Origin: a virus
Reading direction: 5' to 3' (one strand)
Virus record (IMG/VR): IMGVR_UViG_3300032435_000019
Length of the DNA: 43,703 nt
This document shows, in pieces, positions 25,523 through 33,879 of the stretch; position 1 is the first letter of the stretch, and each line of letters starts with the position of its first letter. Below the pieces are notes generated by a model, which had not been told where the DNA came from, ran no database searches, and saw only the letters and a list, made by a program, of their open reading frames with translations. A program made the translations under genes and the position numbers.

Positions 25523-27037
25523 TTAATTTTTGCGTTCTCCGCGGAGCATTCCGAGGAGCCTGCCCATTACGGTGGCCCGCTGTACGGTGTCGACTATCTC
25601 CTGGGGCGCGGTCTCCTCCATCATGTCGGCGATGTGCTTTTTGAATGTTTCGAAGTCCTGGTTCTCCTCTAGGTATCCGAGGAGCTGCTCGACCCGCTTG
25701 CCGTAAAGCTCTTTGTATTTGGTGGCGAGCCCTGCCGCGGCGTCTGCTAGTAGTTGCTGGTCGTTCCGGTGCCCTGCCCTGGCTGCCAGGAGGCTGCTTA
25801 TCTCGGCGAACTCCGCGGGCATAGGTCCTTGCCCTCCGGTCATTAGTGCCGGCGGGACAACGGCTTCCTTGCGCTTTTCCCAGCCCATGCCGTAGGTGTC
25901 CTCGATGTATTCGAGGGTCGGGTCGTAGCCTAGTGCGTAGATTTTGGCGTCGCGCTCGGCGCGATGATTGAGGTCCTCCGGCGGCGCTGTGTCCCGTACT
26001 ATCGAGGGCACGCCTGCGCCTGGGAAGTTCCACTCGGTTAGCCACTTGCCGGCGGTCCTCTTGAAGCTGTCGGCTATTAGGTCGCCGTCTGCGTCGGTTA
26101 GGTCGTTGGCGACGCCCTGGTGCACCTCGGCCTGGGATCGGCTGCTGCCGCTGTCCGTGGTCATGGTCTGCGATAGGATTACTTTCGATATTGCGCCGTC
26201 CATCTTTCCGGCTAGCTGGGCGTAGTCGGCGGTTCCGGATCGGGCGGCCTCGATTAGCTCTATGACCATGCTGTCGGGTATTACGACGCCGCTGTCCTGC
26301 TGAATAGATTGGAGGGCCGACTTGGCTTTGCGTATCTGTACCGGGTCGTTCATTTGGCCGTCGGGTATTCTGATGGCGGTGGTTGGCATCCCGAATTTCT
26401 CAAGGAATACGAGCCAGAACTTTATGTCGTTGCGCTTAAAAAATACCGGCCAATAAAGCGAGTGCGCGAGGCCCTGGCCGTAGGGATTGTCGTCGTGGCT
26501 TGCGCCGGCGGCGTAGGTCCAGAACTTGTTTTCCGGCATGACGAGGCCCTGCGAGTGCTTTAGGTCGTCCATTAGCATTAGCTGGTTGTCGACGTTCCAC
26601 TTGAAGCGGGAGCGGTCGCGGACCTTTATCGCGTCGAGGCCGACTTTGTTGTCCTCGGTCATGCCCCACATGAATTCCGCTACGCTGAATCCGTAGAATA
26701 CGCCGTATAGCATCTTGTCGGTTATGTCGTCCCAGCCAACTTTCTCTAGCTGCTGCCGGAGGAATTCCGCGGCCGCTTTGTCTGTTGCCGATTCGCTTTC
26801 CGAATCAATTTTCCATGTGGAACTTGTTAGCGCGCTGCGGCGCTGCTGAAAGCATGACTTGACCTGATCGTCGCGTAGGAGCTCGTCGTATACCTTGAAG
26901 TCGGGCCCGCGGCTTTTGAGCACGCTGTCCGGATTCTGGATTAGCATGTGGGTGTAGGCGTAGCTCATGGCGAAGCCGTGATCGTCGTGCGCCATTTCCT
27001 GCTGCAGCGGTTTTGCTGGTTTCTTTTTGGTAGCCAT
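25523..27037 (-). CDS. Portal protein (Mu gp29 / DUF935-like)
   Basis: 504 aa, between TerL and MuF. The N-terminal pattern ...NPDSVLKSRGPDFKVYDELLRDDQVKSCFQQRRSAL is typical of DUF935 portals. Confidence 0.9.
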   Translation of the reverse strand: MATKKKPAKPLQQEMAHDDHGFAMSYAYTHMLIQNPDSVLKSRGPDFKVYDELLRDDQVKSCFQQRRSALTSSTWKIDSESESATDKAAAEFLRQQLEKVGWDDITDKMLYGVFYGFSVAEFMWGMTEDNKVGLDAIKVRDRSRFKWNVDNQLMLMDDLKHSQGLVMPENKFWTYAAGASHDDNPYGQGLAHSLYWPVFFKRNDIKFWLVFLEKFGMPTTAIRIPDGQMNDPVQIRKAKSALQSIQQDSGVVIPDSMVIELIEAARSGTADYAQLAGKMDGAISKVILSQTMTTDSGSSRSQAEVHQGVANDLTDADGDLIADSFKRTAGKWLTEWNFPGAGVPSIVRDTAPPEDLNHRAERDAKIYALGYDPTLEYIEDTYGMGWEKRKEAVVPPALMTGGQGPMPAEFAEISSLLAARAGHRNDQQLLADAAAGLATKYKELYGKRVEQLLGYLEENQDFETFKKHIADMMEETAPQEIVDTVQRATVMGRLLGMLRGERKN

Positions 27038-28653
27038 TACTCGTACCCTCCGAAGTCGTTGTTACTGCGCACGCCCAGGTCTAGGTCGTCCGTTGCTGAA
27101 TGCCTGCTCCTGCCTGTGTCGGAGAAGCCTGCCCTGGTCGTTCCGCTGCTGTGGCTGTCTACTGCCATTTTCGAACTGTGAGCCCATTTCAGGAATTGGC
27201 TGAATGCGTCCACTTGATCGTCGTTGGAAACCAGCGGATAGCCGAATAGCTCGCTTTCGAAGTCGACCAGCCACTCTGCCCACTCGGGCAAATATACGAG
27301 CTTGGCCTCTACTATCGAGGAGACTGCTACTAGCCGCTCGGTCTTGTTGAGCGATTTCGGGTCTATTGCAATGGCCGGCGGCGTGTACCATTCCCCCTCC
27401 TGTATTTTGACGCCTTCGCGTGCTTCCTGGATTAGCGACTGCCCGCTTGCCTTGTCCTCTATGAGAACGGCTATCGGGTTCCACTTCATGCCCAAACTGT
27501 ACATGGAACGCCTGACGTCTGGATATAGCAGGCGCTTCCTGAATACGTCTAGCAAATAGTAGCCCTGCCGCGTTTCGCCCCAGGTTAGGCAGACGCTCGG
27601 GTCGTTGATTTCCTTGTCTTTGTACGCGGTGTCCCAGGATTGAACTATTCGTAAAAATTCGGCCGGCGGTGTGCCATAACGCTGAATCCATGATCGCTGT
27701 ATGAGCGATCCTTCCGCTGGCTTCGGTCGTTGCTGGTATAGGGCGGCCCAATTCCTGCTGCCCCTGTTGCGCTTTTCACGCTGCCAATGCGCCGGCGTGA
27801 ACCAGTCGGTCCATAGATATTCGCCTGCCTCACGCCCGAGCGGGTCGTCGTCCCTGGTGCACTCGGCCTCTAGGCATAGGACGTACCAGGGCTCGCCGGT
27901 GCGGCTTTCGATCCAGCCGCTCTGCCCATCCCACTCCTCCGGCAATATTCGGCCGCTTAGATCGTCCTCGTGCCAGCGGGTCTGGACGATAACGATTGCG
28001 CCTTCCGGTTTTAGTCGGGTGGTGAGGTCGTCCTGGTAGGCGTCCCACGTTTTGTCCCGTATGACCTGCGAGTCGGCCTGCTCCCTTCCCTGGACGGGGT
28101 CGTCTACGATGATTAGCTTGGCCCTGTTGCCGGTTAGGCCGGATAGTATGCCGCCGCACATAAACGTGGCGTCGTTGGTTAGGCTCCAGTCGTTGGCTGC
28201 CCTGTTGCCGGAGCGGAGCTCGGTCTTGTAGAGGTTTTTGAACTCAGGCGAGCTGGTTAGCTGCCGGCCCTTCCGGCCGAACTTGTCCGCTAGCTGGCTG
28301 CCGTAGCTGGTTAGAATGACCGGCTCGTTTGGGTGGTTTGCCATGTAGAACGGCGGGAAAGTTACGCTGACGTAGGTGCTTTTGGCGCTCCCTGGTGGCA
28401 TGAATACCATTAGGCGCTTTATGGTTCCGTCGTTTACTTCCTGGAGCTTGCTGTTGAGTAGGGTGTGGTGCTCCGCGGGCGTTACTCTGTCCGGATAGAA
28501 CTCCTCGCAGTCCTCGTCGTCGTTAAGCGGCGCGCCTGGGATTTTGACGTATCGGCAAAAGGTGTCGAGGTGGCTCGCGGCCTGCTTTCTGTATAGCGCC
28601 TCCTTTGCCTTTACTATCTGGACAAGCGAATCAGTGCGTTGTTGGGCCGTCAT
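27037..28653 (-). CDS. terL: Terminase large subunit
   Basis: Walker A-like motif MVFMPPGSAKST, ATPase motif LIIVDDP, a nuclease-half acidic motif, a size of 538 aa and a position upstream of the portal. Confidence 0.9.
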   Translation of the reverse strand: MTAQQRTDSLVQIVKAKEALYRKQAASHLDTFCRYVKIPGAPLNDDEDCEEFYPDRVTPAEHHTLLNSKLQEVNDGTIKRLMVFMPPGSAKSTYVSVTFPPFYMANHPNEPVILTSYGSQLADKFGRKGRQLTSSPEFKNLYKTELRSGNRAANDWSLTNDATFMCGGILSGLTGNRAKLIIVDDPVQGREQADSQVIRDKTWDAYQDDLTTRLKPEGAIVIVQTRWHEDDLSGRILPEEWDGQSGWIESRTGEPWYVLCLEAECTRDDDPLGREAGEYLWTDWFTPAHWQREKRNRGSRNWAALYQQRPKPAEGSLIQRSWIQRYGTPPAEFLRIVQSWDTAYKDKEINDPSVCLTWGETRQGYYLLDVFRKRLLYPDVRRSMYSLGMKWNPIAVLIEDKASGQSLIQEAREGVKIQEGEWYTPPAIAIDPKSLNKTERLVAVSSIVEAKLVYLPEWAEWLVDFESELFGYPLVSNDDQVDAFSQFLKWAHSSKMAVDSHSSGTTRAGFSDTGRSRHSATDDLDLGVRSNNDFGGYE

Positions 28654-29110
28654 GGCGTCCTATCGTTTTGGCCTCTAGTTCCTTGATCCGATTCTCTAGC
28701 TCCTCGACGGTCATGTTGTCGTAATCGTCCTCGGGCCTGGGTAGGTCGCGGCCCTTGCTGTCGGTGTTTGCGATCTTGTCCGGCGCTTTGAATCCTCCGA
28801 TTGCGGCCTCCTGGCGTGCTAGCTTTTCCCATCGGTCGATATGCTCTAGCGCGCCGCCTTTCGCCTTCGTCCATATCGCCTGCATGAGGATGTTTATTCT
28901 CATCAATTGGCGGGTTCGTAGGTTGTCGATGGTCTGCTGTGTCCGTAGTTCGTACTCGCTGAACGCCTCCTGAACGAGCTGATGCGCTCGGGTCTTGCTG
29001 ACGCCTATCTGCTCGCCTATCTGTTTCAATGAAAGGCCCGCCAGCATTAGGCTCACGGCCATTTCTCGCTTTTGCGCCATTGTGAATTTCTGCTTCATGG
29101 TTTGCGCCAT
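28631..29110 (-). CDS. Terminase small subunit candidate (HTH protein, 159 aa)
   Basis: The N-terminal HTH is LSLKQIGEQIGVSKTRAHQLVQEA. The gene lies immediately upstream of TerL and overlaps it by 23 nt. Confidence 0.6.
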   Translation of the reverse strand: MAQTMKQKFTMAQKREMAVSLMLAGLSLKQIGEQIGVSKTRAHQLVQEAFSEYELRTQQTIDNLRTRQLMRINILMQAIWTKAKGGALEHIDRWEKLARQEAAIGGFKAPDKIANTDSKGRDLPRPEDDYDNMTVEELENRIKELEAKTIGRHDGPTTH

Positions 29111-29120
29111 CGTTCAGTCT

Positions 29121-31436
29121 CTATAGGTTAAGTTCTGAATCCATCGCCGCTAGCTGCAGCGCCTCTAGGTCTACGGTTTTCACTTCGCCGATGGTCTCGG
29201 TGGCTAGCTTCGGGTCTCCTTTACAAAATACCATGACGTTGTCGTATGCCTGAAATACTGTGCGGTGCACTTTGAAGTGGTCTGCGACCGCTTTGCTGAG
29301 TCCCTTTATGTCGCCCAGGCTGGGCTCGCCTTTTGCGAATACCAGCGCGTTCTGGTGCCCTTTCGCTAGCTTCCGGCTGCTGCTGAACATACCGCCGGCG
29401 CGCATGGCGTTGCTTCCTATGTTGGTAAGCAGCACCGCCTCGTTGTAGTAGTGAAGGCCGGCCGCCTGGAAGGCCGCAATGGTATCCTGGACGAAACCCC
29501 TGTAACGCCCTTTGGGGTCTCGTACTTCGCCGACTACGAATACCGCGAATCTGTTGTCCTTTAGCATTTTGCAGCTTTCGCCGATTATGTGGGTGTAGGC
29601 CGCTATAAATTCGTGATATTCGAGGGTCGATAGGTCCTTCGGGTCGTCGCTGTAGACTTCCAGGTCGGCGTATGGAGGGCAACTAAAAACCATATCGTAT
29701 TCGCCTGGGGCGTGTTTTCGGACTTCCCTGGAGTCGCCTTCGATCCATCGCGGCTCTCCCTGGGCCTGTCGCATTATATCGAATGTGCCGACGTCGCCTG
29801 CTACGTTCCAGAATAATGCGCCTTCGCTGGCGTGCTCCTTGATGAATCTCCAGGCTTTGGCGTCGTAGTTGTTGCATGACTCGAAAGGCGGCGGCTGTTT
29901 TGCTGGGTCCTCGAACTTTTCCGGAGCCTCGTATAGCTTAGCCCTTCCGACCTGGGGGTCTTTGCCTATGGCTACCGCGTGGAATTCAGCGTCAGGCCAA
30001 GCCTGCTGTAGCGCCCTGGTTAGGACGCCGCTTCCTGCTACGGTCCAGACTTCGGTCGGTGTTTCTCCGGTCTCTAGCGCGACGGCCGCTATGGCGTCGA
30101 TGAAGTCCTGGTTATCTAGGCCGAATTCGATGTAGTGCGCGCCGGTCTCCTCGGCGAAGTCTCGGGCGGCCTTTTGGGTGGCGATTAGGTATCTCGCGTC
30201 GACTTCGTGGACTACTGCTCCGGCTCGCGCTGCGGCTTCGGTCCTGGCGTGCGGCTTTTTGCGTCGGCCTGCGACGAATATATGCGCTTGCTTCCCTGTT
30301 GCCCTGGCTGCGGCCGCTAGCGCTATTTGCGCGAAACCATAGGCCGGTGTGGCGTACACGAAGGTGGTCTCGGGAGAGGCGGCGAGCACTCGCTCTAGCG
30401 CCCTTCGTTTGGTGCCGCCGAATACATCGTCGTCGCGGAGTACTCGGATGCCGTCGTGCTCCTGGATTCTGGTTGGTGGTAGGTCTGCCGCCGGCTTCCC
30501 TGGTGTTTGGGCTCCGAGTATTTTGAAGGCCTGTTGTCGGTTAGCCTGTATCTGCTCGCCGCGTAGGTCGATGCCGGTGTAGTTGTAGCCGAGGAATCCT
30601 GCGACCAATCCGCGGACGCTGCCGCCGGCGAACGGGTCTAGGATCGCGCCGCCTGGAGGGCAAAACCATGAGTAGCTTATCTCGGTTAGCACCGGGTCGA
30701 ATATGCTTGTTCCGGTTAGCGTTATCTCCTCGGGGAATTCCTCGACGAACTCCTGCCAGGTTAGCTTGCGCCCGCGCTGGGCTTCTACCTTGTTTTTGAA
30801 TTCGTAAACGCCTGGAGGCTGGCTGCTGACGGCGTAGGTTAGGCCGCGCTCTGTTTTGTCGCCCTCGTTGCCGCGGCCTAGTTCTGACTGGATGCCTAGT
30901 TGTAGCCATAGGTTCTTGCGGTCCTTCCAGTAGCCCTGCTTGGCGTCTAGCACGCTGAATGGCGGGACGAGGAAGCGCTGCTGTAGTCCTTGGCGCGCTT
31001 CCTCCTGCTGCCCGCCTCCGAAGTCCGGACCGTCGTCGGATAGTAGGCTTTGGAGAAATGCGTTCGCGGCCATATCGCCGACGCTGTGTATGCCTTCGAT
31101 TAGGTCGTCTAGTAGTCCCTGGTCCTGGGTGGCGAGTGCTGATATTGGGTCTATTGCTGCTAGCGCGATCCGCTCCTCGTTCTCGGATAGCTCGACGTAT
31201 TTTACCGGCACGCGCTCGCTCCGGCTCATGGCTAACTGAACGCGGAGGTGGCCGTCGATGATGTGGCCGGTGGTGGTGTTGACTATGACGTCCTGAATCC
31301 AGCCGATTTCATTTAGCACGCCGGCTAGCGCATCTTGCTGGTGCTTTGGGTGGTAGCGGAAGTTGTGCGGGTTGGCTAGTAGCTGCTCGGGGTCCTCGGT
31401 GCCGCTTCCGGTGATTCTGTTTTTCCAGTCGGTCAT
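29121..31436 (-). CDS. ParB-like domain / DNA amino-methyltransferase fusion, carrying an inserted PLP-enzyme-like domain (771 aa)
   Basis: ParB/Srx-like domain at aa 15-100. MTase motif I is LDPFAGGSVRG (aa 266-276) and motif IV is FSCPPYADLE (aa 584-593). The segment aa 322-548 resembles ACC deaminase / D-Cys desulfhydrase (IRVLRDDDVFGGTKRRALERVL, TVAGSGVLTRAL, ALFWNVAG). Confidence 0.85.
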   Translation of the reverse strand: MTDWKNRITGSGTEDPEQLLANPHNFRYHPKHQQDALAGVLNEIGWIQDVIVNTTTGHIIDGHLRVQLAMSRSERVPVKYVELSENEERIALAAIDPISALATQDQGLLDDLIEGIHSVGDMAANAFLQSLLSDDGPDFGGGQQEEARQGLQQRFLVPPFSVLDAKQGYWKDRKNLWLQLGIQSELGRGNEGDKTERGLTYAVSSQPPGVYEFKNKVEAQRGRKLTWQEFVEEFPEEITLTGTSIFDPVLTEISYSWFCPPGGAILDPFAGGSVRGLVAGFLGYNYTGIDLRGEQIQANRQQAFKILGAQTPGKPAADLPPTRIQEHDGIRVLRDDDVFGGTKRRALERVLAASPETTFVYATPAYGFAQIALAAAARATGKQAHIFVAGRRKKPHARTEAAARAGAVVHEVDARYLIATQKAARDFAEETGAHYIEFGLDNQDFIDAIAAVALETGETPTEVWTVAGSGVLTRALQQAWPDAEFHAVAIGKDPQVGRAKLYEAPEKFEDPAKQPPPFESCNNYDAKAWRFIKEHASEGALFWNVAGDVGTFDIMRQAQGEPRWIEGDSREVRKHAPGEYDMVFSCPPYADLEVYSDDPKDLSTLEYHEFIAAYTHIIGESCKMLKDNRFAVFVVGEVRDPKGRYRGFVQDTIAAFQAAGLHYYNEAVLLTNIGSNAMRAGGMFSSSRKLAKGHQNALVFAKGEPSLGDIKGLSKAVADHFKVHRTVFQAYDNVMVFCKGDPKLATETIGEVKTVDLEALQLAAMDSELNL
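29793..30473 (-). other. Inserted fold-type II PLP-dependent-enzyme-like domain within the methyltransferase (aa 322-548)
   Basis: GGTK(343)RRALE matches the GGNKxRKLE Schiff-base lysine motif. AGSG matches the phosphate-binding Gly loop. This is a motif match by eye only. Confidence 0.6.
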
Positions 31437-31494
31437 GCGGGCTCCTGCAGGCCGGTGGTTCCGGCGAGGTTATGGGTTTGGGTGCTGCGGTGTA

Positions 31495-31767
31495 TTACTT
31501 GGCGGGTGCGGGCTCGGACTGGATCGCTTTGATCGTTCGGACGAGCTCCGCGTTCCTGGTGAAGCAAATACCGGCGCGCCGGTTATTTTCAATCATTGCG
31601 TCGAGTACGTCTAGGTCGTTGTCGGTCGGTGGTTCAATTAGCGGCGGCGTCGGCTCTAGCAGCGGCTCCGGCACTGTTAGCTTCACGCACGCTGGCGGTG
31701 ACTGCGCGCAACCAATCAGGCCCGAGGTCGCAATTAGAAACGCTAGGGCGCTTGATATTCTGGACAT
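31495..31767 (-). CDS. o-spanin (outer-membrane lipoprotein, Rz1-like)
   Basis: Signal peptide with lipobox LIGC (MSRISSALAFLIATSGLIGCAQ), a Pro-rich mature part, and a start inside the i-spanin gene in another frame. Confidence 0.8.
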   Translation of the reverse strand: MSRISSALAFLIATSGLIGCAQSPPACVKLTVPEPLLEPTPPLIEPPTDNDLDVLDAMIENNRRAGICFTRNAELVRTIKAIQSEPAPAK

Positions 31768-32008
31768 TGCGGTTTAGCTCCTCGTTGGTCTGCTGTACGT
31801 CGCGCATGATGCCGATGGTCTTTTTCTGGAAAGACTCGAGTGTTTCTATGGCTTCTGCCATTTGTCCGGCCTGGGCGATGTTGATTTTCTGGAGTTGGTT
31901 TGTTGTTCCCTGGTGGTATCCGTAGCCGTAGAGGCCCAGGCCTGTTGCGGCTATGGCGGCGATCCACCATTTTGCTCCGGAGAAGAATGTTAGCACGCCG
32001 GCGATCAT
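31634..32008 (-). CDS. i-spanin (Rz-like)
   Basis: An N-terminal transmembrane segment (MIAGVLTFFSGAKWWIAAIAATGLGLYGY), a coiled-coil periplasmic part, and an overlap with the o-spanin gene. Confidence 0.8.
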   Translation of the reverse strand: MIAGVLTFFSGAKWWIAAIAATGLGLYGYGYHQGTTNQLQKINIAQAGQMAEAIETLESFQKKTIGIMRDVQQTNEELNRNVQNIKRPSVSNCDLGPDWLRAVTASVREANSAGAAARADAAAN

Positions 32009-32337
32009 TGTGGTTTTTCGTCGTCCTCGGGGTCCCAGCTTTCGTCGGTGCCCTTCTTTGGCTCCTGGCTGAATAGCTCGGCTTCGGCCTGGGCTTTTTT
32101 GACGTCGGTGAAGTACTCGGCTGCGTTGGCGAAACTGTAGGCGACAATGTTGGCCTGGGTGATGGCGCTATAGTCGGCTCCGTCTAGCCAGCCAAATACC
32201 AGCGCTATGGTGCTGAATACCTGGGTGCCTGCTGATAGCTGCCATTTGCGCGACCGGAACTTGTCGTCATGTGGTGGCACTGGTTTAACCCCAAAGGTGG
32301 CGCTCGGTGAGTAGCGTGTAGGAGAATTTGGGCCCAT
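32005..32337 (-). CDS. Membrane protein, holin candidate (start uncertain)
   Basis: A hydrophobic segment (GTQVFSTIALVFGWL), a charged C-terminus and a position between the endolysin and the spanins. An in-frame GTG just after the endolysin stop is an alternative start. Confidence 0.45.
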   Translation of the reverse strand: MGPNSPTRYSPSATFGVKPVPPHDDKFRSRKWQLSAGTQVFSTIALVFGWLDGADYSAITQANIVAYSFANAAEYFTDVKKAQAEAELFSQEPKKGTDESWDPEDDEKPQ

Positions 32338-32890
32338 GTTCCTTTGCCGCTCGGTTTACGATAGCCATTAGAAGGCTGTAGTCGGCGCGTCGGGATATGA
32401 CTTGGCAGCCGGCGCTCCACTTTCCGATCTCGTTGCTCTCGGCGCTGGCTTCGTGGAGGTTTATTCCGAAGTAGCCGGTCTCCTCCTGGGTGAAGTCGAG
32501 CACTTCGTCTTTGTTGTTGTCCCTGTAGACCTTGATTGGGCCGCGCTGGACTAGCGCCTCGTATTTCCCGCGGTGCTTGCCTATGCTCCAAACGCTGCGG
32601 TATTGCCCTGGGACCACTATCGCGGTGCCTTTTACGTTCATGGGGTTCTGCCGCCAGTAGGTGCCTGGGTCGGTGGTGGCGGCAAAGACCATCAATTGCG
32701 GGTGGTCGAACTGCCGGAAGGCGAGCACGATCCAGTCGTTGAATAGGTTGCTCCGATTATCGTCGGTGCGAACGCCGATGATATTTAGATTGAAATCTCC
32801 ATTATCGAAGAATGCATGGCCGAGCTGGGCCTGCACCTTCCGGAGGTGCTCGTAGGTTAGTCCGCTCATTCGCTGGGTTTGTTTATCCAT
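32285..32890 (-). CDS. Putative endolysin / cell-wall hydrolase with a YkuD-like His...SxGC motif (201 aa)
   Basis: GINLHEASAESNEIGKWSAGCQV resembles the L,D-transpeptidase-fold catalytic His/Cys signature. It sits in the lysis cassette. The alternative start at 32869 makes an ATGA overlap with the upstream stop. Confidence 0.5.
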   Translation of the reverse strand: MDKQTQRMSGLTYEHLRKVQAQLGHAFFDNGDFNLNIIGVRTDDNRSNLFNDWIVLAFRQFDHPQLMVFAATTDPGTYWRQNPMNVKGTAIVVPGQYRSVWSIGKHRGKYEALVQRGPIKVYRDNNKDEVLDFTQEETGYFGINLHEASAESNEIGKWSAGCQVISRRADYSLLMAIVNRAAKEHGPKFSYTLLTERHLWG

Positions 32891-33441
32891 GATCGAGATC
32901 CTAGTTTGTCCACGTCGCTTAGATAGCTAGATAGCTTTTCGACTGCCACTTCGTTTCCGGCTGCTTTTATTTCCGCTGCGTTGACTCGCTGCCGTAGTTC
33001 TATGAGGTATTGATCTGTGAGCCTTGCGTTGTAGGTGTGCTCGTGCTGCCATGCTTCGAACTTGCCCAGGGTGACGGCTCGCTCGCCGAGTATTTTGTTC
33101 TGAGTCTGGTTTAGCTCGGTGATGTTGAGGACCGCTTTTTCTATAGGGTCCGATTTTAGCTCTATGAACGTTAGCATGATGCCTAGTATGGCGAAGAAGC
33201 CGCCTAGTGTGGCCCATACCTGTATTTGCGGTCTAGGCGCGCCGTAGAGGTCTATCAGCTTGTCGATGCCTGCGCTTAGTCGCTTTAGCTCTGTTCCTTG
33301 ACCGACGACCGTTGCCTGGAGCGATGCCTGCCCCTGGACAAGTCCTGATACTTCGCGATCTAGGTGGCCGACGCGGCCTTGTAGGTTGGTTAATTGCTCT
33401 GGGTTCAAACGGATACTCCCTTGTTTGTTCTGTTCCGTCAC
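32866..33441 (-). CDS. Bitopic membrane protein with coiled-coil flanks (191 aa), a possible holin or lysis regulator
   Basis: A single central transmembrane segment (VWATLGGFFAILGIMLTFI). The gene lies immediately upstream of the endolysin. Confidence 0.55.
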   Translation of the reverse strand: MTEQNKQGSIRLNPEQLTNLQGRVGHLDREVSGLVQGQASLQATVVGQGTELKRLSAGIDKLIDLYGAPRPQIQVWATLGGFFAILGIMLTFIELKSDPIEKAVLNITELNQTQNKILGERAVTLGKFEAWQHEHTYNARLTDQYLIELRQRVNAAEIKAAGNEVAVEKLSSYLSDVDKLGSRSWINKPSE

Positions 33442-33878
33442 TGTGGCTCCTGGAGGCTTTGCACTTTTGCCCTGCGTTTAACTCCGCGGTGCCCAAAGGC
33501 GGCAGTCGCTTGTAGTCGGCGGGCGTGGCGGCATCTGCGTCCGTAGACTTCCCTGGTGTCGGCTCGGGTAATGATCTGTACATAACGGGCGGTTATTCCG
33601 TAGCAAGCTGCGATATTGTCCTTTGATATTCCTGCTAGGACTAATCGGAGAATTTCCTCGTTTCTCATCTGGTTGGCGTACCCATTGCCGATCCAAATAC
33701 TTGAACCGCCGAACTCCTGGCATAGCGATTGCATTGCTTTGAAGCCTACGACTTCCGCTATTAGGTGCTCCGGCGTGGCTTCGGTCGGGATGTATGTTTG
33801 GGAGGGTCCGACGGCGCGCTGTAGCTCGGTGAGCTGCGTCCTGCCGAGGATGCTTATTAGGTCGTAAGTTGTTGCCAT
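33438..33878 (-). CDS. Mor-family transcriptional activator (Mu Mor/C-like)
   Basis: SLCQEFGGSSIWIGNGYANQMRNEEILRLVLAGISKDNIAACYGITARYVQIITR parallels Mu Mor ...HLGGGQVYIPRG...RDLRIWNDFNGRNVSELTTRYGVTFNTVYKAIRR, recalled from memory. Confidence 0.7.
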   Translation of the reverse strand: MATTYDLISILGRTQLTELQRAVGPSQTYIPTEATPEHLIAEVVGFKAMQSLCQEFGGSSIWIGNGYANQMRNEEILRLVLAGISKDNIAACYGITARYVQIITRADTREVYGRRCRHARRLQATAAFGHRGVKRRAKVQSLQEPQ

Positions 33879-33879
33879 G

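Noticed and set aside
27062-27751. 229-aa alternative-frame ORF within terL. Similar cases are 25500..26045 in the portal gene, 29221..29682 and 30541..30909 in the MTase gene, and 41166..41975 in the tail gene.
   Set aside because: All are Arg/Pro-rich shadow frames nested in genes that have clear homology or structural context.
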